Positions 1-7,586 of a stretch of DNA of 36,578 nucleotides are shown piece after piece. Below the pieces are notes generated by a model. That model did not search any database and was not told the origin of the DNA. It saw nothing but the letters and a program-made list of their open reading frames with translations. The DNA is taken from NCBI GenBank assembly GCA_031409655.1, contig JANNXQ010000071.1, positions 1 through 36,578 on the forward strand. Reading direction: 5' to 3'. The translations under genes and the position numbers were made by a program. The stretch comes from Chthoniobacteraceae bacterium. GTDB lineage: Bacteria > Verrucomicrobiota > Verrucomicrobiia > Chthoniobacterales > Chthoniobacteraceae. The stretch's first letter is position 1; every line of letters begins with the position of its first letter.

Positions 1-144
1 GTGGGGGGGCTGGGGATGTGTATGTAGCCTGGTGGTTCCGTATTTGTTCGCCGGGGGGCGCTTTCACGGCGCTGGGGCGCCCCCGCCCCGGTTTGTCCCT
101 GGGGGCGAGCGCGCCCCTGCTCCTTGGTGAAGCCCTGCGAAGCT

Positions 145-2652
145 CTACTCCCAGAGGAAGTGCTCCAGCCGGAGCCGTTTCACGCGTTCCTGCGCCTCGA
201 TGGTCCGCGGTCCGGCGAGCTTGGTCATCTTTTCGTAGATCCCGATCGCGCTCTTCCACTGCTGCTGCTGTTCGAAGATGCGGGCGGCGTCGAAGCCCGC
301 CTTGTAATACCAAAAGTACTCGCGCTCGGCGCCGGCGCTCTTGTCGAGCACATCGTAATAAGCAGCGAGAGCTTCCTGGGGCTTGGCGAGTTGCTCGTAG
401 GCTTTCGCCTTCTTGTAGAGCGCCTGATTGCGCCAGGTCGGCGTGACCTCAGGCTGAGTCGCGAGTTGCTCAAAGACGGCGATGGCGGCGGCGGTCTGGG
501 CGGCGTCCTTGCGACCGAGGATGAGCAGGTTGTCGCCTTTTCCGCCCAGCGCGGCGAAGCGCAACTCGGGCTCGGCGGGCGGTTGCGCGGCGAGGATCAG
601 ATCGTAGAGCGTCACCGCTTCGGTTTCTCGACCGAGCCGTCCCTGAATGATCGCCTGCTGCTGGCGGGCGTGCAGCTTGAGCGGACTGGCGGCTTTGACG
701 ACTTCATCGAAGAGCCCGAGCGCGCGACCGACGGCGTCGGGGTTGATCTGGCGCATCGCGGATTCGCCAGCGAGGAAGAGTGCCGTGCCCGCGTAGGGAC
801 TCTGCGGCGCCTCGCGGGCGAGCGTGGCGAACTGCGTCTCGGCATTCGCAAAATCGTCGCGGCGAAAATAGAGCTGCCCGAGTTTCATCCGGACCTCGGA
901 GAGCAGTGGCGAAGCGCGGTGTTTCCGGAGAAATTTCACGCCCAGCGCGATGACGTCGTCCTCCACGCGCGGCTGCTTCGCATCTTCGAGGAAGATGGCG
1001 AGATAGTCCGCGTGATCCTCGGTCGCGGCCGCTGGAGGAGCTTCGTTGACGACGCGCAGGTAGCGGGCGGCTTGCGGCTGGTCGGCGTTGTTGAAGGCGA
1101 GTTCGGCGAGCGCCAGTTGGGCTTCGGTAGCGCGCGGGTGTCCGGGGAATTGATCGAGGAAACGCCGGAGCGTATCCTCCGCGAGCGGGTCCGTGGCCCG
1201 GGCCTGGGTGAGCCCTTGCTCGAGGGCGAGCTCAGCGCGGAGCGGGCTCTCGCGGAAGCGTGCGCTTAGCTCGCGATAGTCGTCGAGGAAGCGGTCGTAG
1301 TTCCGCTGACCGAGGGCGGCAAGGGCGGCGTCGAAGGTGGCGTATTCGCGGAGCGGTGCTGACCGCTCGGCCGCGCTGTGAAAGAGATTGGCTGCGAGCA
1401 AATGCTCCCCTTGCTGATACTGGACCAGCGCCGTGCGCAGCTCGATCTCCGCGCGTTCCGCGTCGTTCTGGGCCTTGCGCATGGCGGCTTCGAGCGCACT
1501 CACGGCGCCGGCGGGATCGCGGCGCTCCAGGGCGAGATCGGCCTGCAGCAGATGCACGGATGGCAGGAGCTCGTGCGCCAGGTGGCTGCTCACGAAGGAC
1601 TCCAGGGTCAGCGCGGCTTTGTCGTATTTTTTCTCCCGGATCTGCAGCCGCGCGAGGTGGAAGCGAGCGAGGGCGGCGCGGCGCTCCTGGATCTTGCGCG
1701 TCCACTTGTGGAGTTCGGATTCGCCGGCGTTCTTTTGGCGCGCGTAGATCTGGTCGAGACGCCGGAAGACGAGATCGAGGTACGCGCTTTCCGGATAGCG
1801 CCCGATGAAATTTTCCAACGGCGCATCCGCTTCTTCAAAGCCCTTCAGCGCGACCAGTGATTCCGCATGGCCGAGCGAAGCCGCCGCGAGCAGGCTGTCC
1901 GGCAGGCCTTCGGGCTGGCGCAGCAGATCCTCGAAGATCGTCGAAGCGGCGGCGGGACGGTTCTCGGCGAGGATGAGGCGGGCTTCGACGTAGCGCTTCC
2001 ATTGCGCATCGAGCGGCGTCCCTGGCCTGGCGGTGGCGAGCGCCTCGCGTGCTTCCTCCAGCTTGCGCGCCTCGACGTAGAGATTCGCGAGCCGCAGGCG
2101 GGCGATTTGGTTCGTCGGATTCGCGAGAACGTACGGCTCGAGCGCGGCGACCGCTTCCGGCGTCTGCCCGAGCGCCTGCAGACTCTCCGCTGCGCCCAAG
2201 CGGGCGGCGGCGGGGCCATCCGGTGCAGCGGCGAGTGGACGATAGATCCGCAGGGCGTTTTCCCAGCGTCCGGCTCCCGCGAGGATGTGGGCTTGCAGGA
2301 GTCGTGCTTCGGGATCGTCCGATCCGATCAGCGGGTTGAGGGCCTTCAGTGCGAGATCGTGCTGTCCAGCGCCGAGCAGTGCTTCGCCGAGCGCGAGGGT
2401 GGCGGCGCGGCGGTCGGGTGCCGGCAGCACTGGAGTGGCGAGGTAGGTGCGGAGCTTGTGGATGGCGACCTGCGGGATCGACTCGGCGAGCGCGCGGCGA
2501 GCTTCGAGGAGCGGAGCGGGCTCGGCGAATGCGATGGAAGAAAACGTCAAACGCCAAACGCCAAACGCCAAACACCAAACGACGCCGCCCGGGGAGCGGT
2601 GTGAGCCTTTGGCGTTTGAAGTTTGGCGTTTGAAGTTTGGCGTTTTCTTCAT
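145..2652 (-). CDS. Tetratricopeptide-repeat (TPR) protein, probably exported
   Basis: Many Ala/Leu-rich helical TPR-like repeats (e.g. ALYKKAKAYEQL, YYKAGFDAARIFEQQQQWKSAIGIYEKM). Start placed at ATG 2652, which overlaps the uvrA stop as ATGA, rather than at the ORF-track start 2787. Confidence 0.85.
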   Translation of the reverse strand: MKKTPNFKRQTSNAKGSHRSPGGVVWCLAFGVWRLTFSSIAFAEPAPLLEARRALAESIPQVAIHKLRTYLATPVLPAPDRRAATLALGEALLGAGQHDLALKALNPLIGSDDPEARLLQAHILAGAGRWENALRIYRPLAAAPDGPAAARLGAAESLQALGQTPEAVAALEPYVLANPTNQIARLRLANLYVEARKLEEAREALATARPGTPLDAQWKRYVEARLILAENRPAAASTIFEDLLRQPEGLPDSLLAAASLGHAESLVALKGFEEADAPLENFIGRYPESAYLDLVFRRLDQIYARQKNAGESELHKWTRKIQERRAALARFHLARLQIREKKYDKAALTLESFVSSHLAHELLPSVHLLQADLALERRDPAGAVSALEAAMRKAQNDAERAEIELRTALVQYQQGEHLLAANLFHSAAERSAPLREYATFDAALAALGQRNYDRFLDDYRELSARFRESPLRAELALEQGLTQARATDPLAEDTLRRFLDQFPGHPRATEAQLALAELAFNNADQPQAARYLRVVNEAPPAAATEDHADYLAIFLEDAKQPRVEDDVIALGVKFLRKHRASPLLSEVRMKLGQLYFRRDDFANAETQFATLAREAPQSPYAGTALFLAGESAMRQINPDAVGRALGLFDEVVKAASPLKLHARQQQAIIQGRLGRETEAVTLYDLILAAQPPAEPELRFAALGGKGDNLLILGRKDAAQTAAAIAVFEQLATQPEVTPTWRNQALYKKAKAYEQLAKPQEALAAYYDVLDKSAGAEREYFWYYKAGFDAARIFEQQQQWKSAIGIYEKMTKLAGPRTIEAQERVKRLRLEHFLWE
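2542..2646. repeat. Inverted heptamer-array element (AAACGCC-type x6, 23-nt spacer, GTTTGGC/GTTTGAA-type x5) inside the 5' end of the TPR gene
   Basis: Read directly: aaacgtc aaacgcc aaacgcc aaacgcc aaacacc aaacgac (2542-2583) ... ctttggc gtttgaa gtttggc gtttgaa gtttggc (2607-2641). Confidence 0.9.
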
Positions 2653-5645
2653 CCCAGCATCCTCCGCAGGTATTGCCCCGTGTAGCTCCCCGCCACCGCC
2701 GCAATCTGCTCCGGCGTCCCTTCCCCCACGAGTTGCCCACCACCCGCGCCGCCTTCCGGCCCGAGATCGAGGATCCAGTCGGCGCACTTTATGACCTCGA
2801 GATTGTGCTCGATGATGATCAGCGTATTCCCGGCGTCGCGCAGTTTCATGAGGACTTCGAGGAGCTTGTGGATGTCGGCGAAATGCAGGCCCGTGGTCGG
2901 TTCATCGAGGATGTAAACGGTGCGCCCGGTGGCCTTTTTCGCCAGCTCGGCAGCGAGCTTGATGCGCTGCGCTTCGCCACCGCTGAGCGTGGTGCCATTT
3001 TGTCCGAGCCGTACGTAGCCGAGTCCCACGTCTTCCATGGCGATGAGCTTGTCGGCGATCTGCGGCACATTGCGGAAGAAGCGCGCGGCTTCATCCACGG
3101 TCAGGTCGAGCACGTCGGCGATGTTCTTGCCCTTGTAAGTGATCTCGAGCGTCTCGCGGTTGTAGCGCCGCCCGCGGCAGACCTCGCACTCGACATAGAC
3201 GTCCGCGAGGAAGTGCATCTCGATCTTCTTTACACCGTCGCCCTCGCACGTCTCGCAGCGCCCGCCTTTCACATTGAAGCTGAAGCGCCCCACATCGTAG
3301 CCGCGAATGCGCGAGGCGGGGAGGCCGGCAAAGAGTTCGCGCATCGGGCCGAAGGCGCCGGTGTAGGTCACGGGATTGGAGCGCGGCGTGCGGCCGATGG
3401 GCGTCTGGTCGATGACGATCGCCTTGTCGATCTGCTCGAGGCCGAGGATGCGTTCGTGTTTCCCGGGCCGATCCTTGGAGCGGTAAAAATGGCGGAAGAG
3501 CGCGCGACGCAGGATGTCATCGACGAGCGTGGACTTGCCGCTGCCGGAGACGCCGGTCACGCAGGTGAGGCAGCCGAGCGGAAAGGTGGCGGTGAGGTCG
3601 CGCAGATTATTCTCCGTGGCGCCGAGGATCGTGATCCAGCCTGGTCGGGTCGTCTTCGAGTTTCGGATTTCGGATTTCGGATTTCCGCCCGGCGGCGGGG
3701 CGACGTACTGCGGCTGCCGCCGCGCCTTGGGCACCGGGATTTTTGCGCGATGCGAAAGATACTGCCCGGTGGGGGAATGCTCGACGGCCTCGATCTCCGC
3801 CGGCGTGCCTTGCGCCACGAGATGCCCGCCGCGCGCGCCCGCGCCGGGGCCGAGATCGAGCACGTGATCCGCAGCGCGGATGGTGTCTTCGTCGTGCTCG
3901 ACGACGATCACCGAGTTCCCCAAATCGCGCAGCCGGCGCAGCGTGCCGATGAGCCGGTCATTGTCCCGCTGATGGAGGCCGATGCTCGGTTCATCGAGCA
4001 CGTAGAGACAGCCCGCGAGCCCGGAGCCGATCTGGGTCGCGAGCCGGATGCGCTGGGCTTCACCACCGGAGAGGGTGCCGCTCTCGCGATCCAGCGACAG
4101 ATAGCCGAGGCCGACTTCGACGAGGAATTTGAGCCGATTGCCGACCTCGCGCCGCACTTCCGAAGTGATGAACTGCTGCTGCTCGCTCAGCGCCAGCGTT
4201 TCGATAAAGCCCAGCGCCTCACTGATCGTGAGCCGGCAGAAGGCGTGGATGTTCAGGGATTTCAGATCGCAGATTTCAGATTTCAGATTGGAGTTCGATG
4301 CGGACCCACTTCTGAAATCCGCCGCCACGGTTACCGCGAGGATCTCCGGCTTCAGCCGCGCGCCCTGGCAGACGGAGCAAGTGCGGCGACTCATGTATTG
4401 GCGGATGCGCTGCCGGGAGAGTTCGCTCTCGGTCGTTTCGTAGAGGTGCTGCACGGCGGCGACGAGTCCATCGAAGGGCTTCTCCACCTTTTCGCGCTTC
4501 CCATTTTCGCCCCACGAAAACTCGATCACCCGCTCGCCGCTCCCGTGGCAGAGCGCGGTTTGAAACTCCTCGGGCAACTCGCCGTAGGGCTTCTCCATCG
4601 AGGCGCGGTAAGCTTTGGTCAGCGAGGTCAGCACGCCGGTGTAGTAGCCCTGCATCCGTTTGTTGGCCTTGGCCCACGGGGCGACGGCGCCTTCCGCGAG
4701 TGACTTCTCGCGGTCGGGAATCATGAGGTCCGGATCGCAGACCAGCTCCGTGCCGAGGCCGTGGCAGTCAGGGCACGCACCGAAATGGCTGTTGAAGGAG
4801 AAATGTTTCGGCGTAAGTCGCGGCAGGGTGAAGCCGGTGTCCGGATTGCTGAAGTCCGTGGAGTATTTCAGCTCGTCCCACAGATTTGCCGAATTCTCGT
4901 TAGCGACGCCGGTGGTCGCGTTTGCGCGCAGCACGACGAGTTGATGGCCGCCCCACTTCAGCGCCGTATCCACGGAGTCGGCCAGCCGCGTCCGCACGCC
5001 CTCACGCATTACGAGGCGATCGACGACCACTTCGATGACGTGCGCCTCGCCTTTACTCAGGCGGATGGGTTCGGGCCGGCCCAACTCGATGATCTCGCCA
5101 TCGATCCGCACCCGCACAAAGCCCTCGCGCTTCAACTTCTCCAGCACATCGCGAAACTCGCCGATCTCGCTTTCGACGATCGGCGCGAGCAGGACGATGC
5201 GACTTTCCGGCGGATACGCGCAGATGCGATCGACGATCTGCTCCGGTGAAAGCTTGAAGATGGGTTCGCCCGTGGCGGGGTCGTGCGGCTGGCCGATGGA
5301 GGCGTAGAGCAGGCGCAGGTAGTCGTAGATTTCTGTGGTCGTCGCGATGGTCGAGCGCTGGTTGCCGCCGGAGCTGCGTTGCTCGATGGCGATCGCGGGC
5401 GAAAGGCCCTCGATGAAATCGACGTCGGGCTTTTGCATCTGATCGAGGAACTGCCGGGCGTAGGCCGACAGGCTCTCCACGTAGCGCCGCTGCCCCTCGG
5501 CATAGAGCGTGTCAAAGGCGAGGGATGATTTGCCGGAGCCGCTCAGGCCCGTGATGACGACCAGCTTCTCCCGCGGAATCTCGAGGGAGAGGTTCTTGAG
5601 ATTGTGCTGGCGGGCACCGGTAATCTTTATCGTTTCCGCTGGCAT
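2649..5645 (-). CDS. uvrA: Excinuclease ABC subunit A
   Basis: GARQHNLKN, two Walker A motifs ([18 protein letters not shown]), two LSGGEAQRI signatures, LDEPSIGLH and LDEPTTGLH, CxxC zinc modules. Start taken at ATG 5645 ([11 protein letters not shown]). Confidence 0.98.
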   Translation of the reverse strand: MPAETIKITGARQHNLKNLSLEIPREKLVVITGLSGSGKSSLAFDTLYAEGQRRYVESLSAYARQFLDQMQKPDVDFIEGLSPAIAIEQRSSGGNQRSTIATTTEIYDYLRLLYASIGQPHDPATGEPIFKLSPEQIVDRICAYPPESRIVLLAPIVESEIGEFRDVLEKLKREGFVRVRIDGEIIELGRPEPIRLSKGEAHVIEVVVDRLVMREGVRTRLADSVDTALKWGGHQLVVLRANATTGVANENSANLWDELKYSTDFSNPDTGFTLPRLTPKHFSFNSHFGACPDCHGLGTELVCDPDLMIPDREKSLAEGAVAPWAKANKRMQGYYTGVLTSLTKAYRASMEKPYGELPEEFQTALCHGSGERVIEFSWGENGKREKVEKPFDGLVAAVQHLYETTESELSRQRIRQYMSRRTCSVCQGARLKPEILAVTVAADFRSGSASNSNLKSEICDLKSLNIHAFCRLTISEALGFIETLALSEQQQFITSEVRREVGNRLKFLVEVGLGYLSLDRESGTLSGGEAQRIRLATQIGSGLAGCLYVLDEPSIGLHQRDNDRLIGTLRRLRDLGNSVIVVEHDEDTIRAADHVLDLGPGAGARGGHLVAQGTPAEIEAVEHSPTGQYLSHRAKIPVPKARRQPQYVAPPPGGNPKSEIRNSKTTRPGWITILGATENNLRDLTATFPLGCLTCVTGVSGSGKSTLVDDILRRALFRHFYRSKDRPGKHERILGLEQIDKAIVIDQTPIGRTPRSNPVTYTGAFGPMRELFAGLPASRIRGYDVGRFSFNVKGGRCETCEGDGVKKIEMHFLADVYVECEVCRGRRYNRETLEITYKGKNIADVLDLTVDEAARFFRNVPQIADKLIAMEDVGLGYVRLGQNGTTLSGGEAQRIKLAAELAKKATGRTVYILDEPTTGLHFADIHKLLEVLMKLRDAGNTLIIIEHNLEVIKCADWILDLGPEGGAGGGQLVGEGTPEQIAAVAGSYTGQYLRRMLG
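3654..3688. repeat. Heptamer tandem array (TTTCGGA x3 plus degenerate flanking units) in frame within uvrA
   Basis: cttcgag tttcgga tttcgga tttcgga tttccgc; encodes [11 protein letters not shown] on the minus strand. Confidence 0.8.
4257..4320. repeat. Heptamer array (GATTTCA-type) with a short inverted arm, in frame within uvrA
   Basis: gatttca gatcgca gatttca gatttca gattgga (4258-4292); tctgaaatcc (4311-4320) is the reverse complement of ggatttcaga (4257-4266). Confidence 0.8.
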
Positions 5646-5712
5646 CTTTCCTGCGTTAGCTGAAATGACAATCCAAGCAGAAGCTCCCACCCTCCACCAG
5701 AGGTAAAATCCG

Positions 5713-5964
5713 ATGACTCAAACCGAACCCTTTTTAAACCGCGAAGAACTCCAGGCTCTCCACGAAAATTTTCGCGAGCTGAAGCATTCGATCAATAACA
5801 CCCTCGCGGTGGTGATGGCGCTCTCAGAGCTCGGACAGCGCAACCCGGCGCACTACGAAAAACTCGCGAAAGCCGTGCTCAGCCGCGGCCCCGATGTGGT
5901 CCAGCAACTTCAGGAATTTCAGAACGCCCTTGGCGCGAAATTGAAGGTCGTCGATCCGACGTAG
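5713..5964 (+). CDS. Small helical protein resembling a stand-alone histidine-kinase dimerisation/phosphoacceptor (HisKA/DHp) domain
   Basis: 83 aa with genome-like codon usage; LKHSINNTLAVVMALSEL resembles the H-box (xHE/DINNPLxxI); no HATPase domain. Confidence 0.65.
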   Translation: MTQTEPFLNREELQALHENFRELKHSINNTLAVVMALSELGQRNPAHYEKLAKAVLSRGPDVVQQLQEFQNALGAKLKVVDPT

Positions 5965-5991
5965 GCGCAGCGGCGTTTCGGGAATTCTTTG

Positions 5992-6126
5992 ACCGCGAAG
6001 GAGCGAAGCGGCGAAGCGGGAGCGGTGGCCTGATTCGGGCCTGAGTGTTTTTTTATCTCGAAGGGGAAAGCGTGGGCTCTTTTCTTTCAGGTCACTGCGC
6101 TCTTCGCTCCTTTGCTGCTTCGCGGT
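5992..6126. repeat. Long imperfect palindrome with 8-nt periodic arms, between convergent genes (may also terminate transcription)
   Basis: Left arm accgcgaag gagcgaag cggcgaag...gtggcctga (5992-6033) pairs with tcaggtcac...cttcgctc ctttgctg cttcgcggt (6087-6126); the spacer is T-rich. Confidence 0.75.
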
Positions 6127-6130
6127 TCGT

Positions 6131-7399
6131 TCATCCCTCCGCGACCATCCAGGCGTAGAAGGCCTGATATTTCCACGTCAGTACCGCAGCCAGAGCGACG
6201 AGGAGCGCGGCGGCAATGTCGCGCCGCGAGAAGTGATCGGCTCTTCCCCGGCCTCGCAAGAACTCAAGCAGCGCACCGGTGGGGCAGCCATAGTGGCAGT
6301 AGGCCATCGGGACAAACATCGACGCGATAAGACCGGCGACGGCGATGGCGATCGTCGCCCAGCCAGCGGAAGTGAGCAGATAGGCGTCAAAGGGTTCGAG
6401 GTGCGCGAGATCGATGGGCAGCACGAGGATGCAGACGATGACGACGAGACCGAGGAGCAGCGGTGGCAGCCAGCGTAGCCCGGCGGCAAAGTCCTTGGGG
6501 AGCGTGATGCGCCAGCGTTTCGGTGCGATTTTACTGAGCAGTTCTTGCGCGGCGCCGTGTGGGCAGAGTTGCTGGCAGTAGAGTGGTTTGCCCGTGGCCC
6601 AGGGCACGGCGAGCGCGGCGGCCATGAGGAGCACGAGCCCCGGCGCGCTGCGCCACGGCACCCCGGATTGCATCCAGCCGCCGAAGAGCGACTGCGCGAG
6701 CAGGTCGCCATTGATGAAGCCGATGTAGGCGATGACGAGGATCTGGAAACCGCGCCGCAGCCACTGGCGTCCGTAGGTGCCGGTGAAGGCGAGCCCGAGC
6801 CCTGCAGCGATGACGAGCGCGAGGCCGATGTCGCGCGCGCGAATGCGGAGGGGCGGCAATACCACGGCGAGCGCGGAGTCGGCGGCTTGGAGTCGGCGCT
6901 GGATGCCGTCGGCGATGGCGAGGCTCGTCATGGAGGCACCGGACACGCCTTCGATGCCTGCGTCCTGCGGGGACAGGCGCGCGACTTCATCCCACGGCTT
7001 GCCATTCCAGAGCTTGAGAAAGTGCCGGTCGGTGACGACGTCGTGGACGTGGTCGCGTGTATCTTGCGAGGATCGCACGCGGACCCCGACGACGTGCAGC
7101 GCGGGGTCGAAGGCCACGAGCGTGTCCGTCCACCCGCGGTAGCCGATGATGCCGTCGGTGTGTGGCGAAGTGCGGAGGACGTAGCCAATCTGCTGTCCGC
7201 CGGCGTCATGCACCGCCAGGCCCGCGCGTCCACCCGCGTCCGGGCGCAATTCCGCAGCCGTGGGAAAAACTGCCTGTACTTCGCCGAGTTCGATCGGCGC
7301 GTGGCCTTCGATGCGCAGCCGGATATGATGCTCACGGATGATCCAGGCGATCGCGACGAGCACCGCGAGCCGGTAGATCTGAAGGAGCGGGCGCTTCAA
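6131..7399 (-). CDS. FMN-binding domain plus CxxxCP (4Fe-4S-binding-family) membrane protein, NosR/NirI-like
   Basis: IIGYRG, flavinylation-type motif EGVSGAS, several TM helices, YCQQLCPHG and YCHYGCPTG. Start uncertain; TTG 7399 chosen because the longer ORF runs through the REP element. Confidence 0.85.
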   Translation of the reverse strand: MKRPLLQIYRLAVLVAIAWIIREHHIRLRIEGHAPIELGEVQAVFPTAAELRPDAGGRAGLAVHDAGGQQIGYVLRTSPHTDGIIGYRGWTDTLVAFDPALHVVGVRVRSSQDTRDHVHDVVTDRHFLKLWNGKPWDEVARLSPQDAGIEGVSGASMTSLAIADGIQRRLQAADSALAVVLPPLRIRARDIGLALVIAAGLGLAFTGTYGRQWLRRGFQILVIAYIGFINGDLLAQSLFGGWMQSGVPWRSAPGLVLLMAAALAVPWATGKPLYCQQLCPHGAAQELLSKIAPKRWRITLPKDFAAGLRWLPPLLLGLVVIVCILVLPIDLAHLEPFDAYLLTSAGWATIAIAVAGLIASMFVPMAYCHYGCPTGALLEFLRGRGRADHFSRRDIAAALLVALAAVLTWKYQAFYAWMVAEG

Positions 7400-7437
7400 A
7401 AGATGTCGGGAGTTTTGCGCAGAGCCAGGGCGTGGGC

Positions 7438-7548
7438 AAAGCGACGCGAGGACGCACCGGACTCCAAAGCGGCTGCGCCGCAAAATAAATCGTTCGGCCT
7501 CGTTTCGCGCGGAGCGCTTTGGAGTGCGGCGCGTCCTAGCGCCGCTTT
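7438..7548. repeat. REP-like inverted doublet (TGGAGTGCGGCG...CGCCGCTTT family)
   Basis: 33-nt arms at 7438-7470 and 7516-7548, 29/33 identical as inverted repeats; each arm has an internal hairpin. Confidence 0.85.
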
Positions 7549-7586
7549 CGTCACGCGCGCGACGCTCTCGAGACGCCCCGTGGCGC

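Noticed and set aside
1..144. G/C-run-rich stretch with partial hairpins and GAGCGCGCCC similar to the 19357 arm
   Set aside because: No clean arms or credible ORF; may be low-quality contig-end sequence.
5646..5712. SOS box upstream of uvrA
   Set aside because: No TGTTC-N4-GAACA (Verrucomicrobia LexA motif) or CTGT-N8-ACAG seen.
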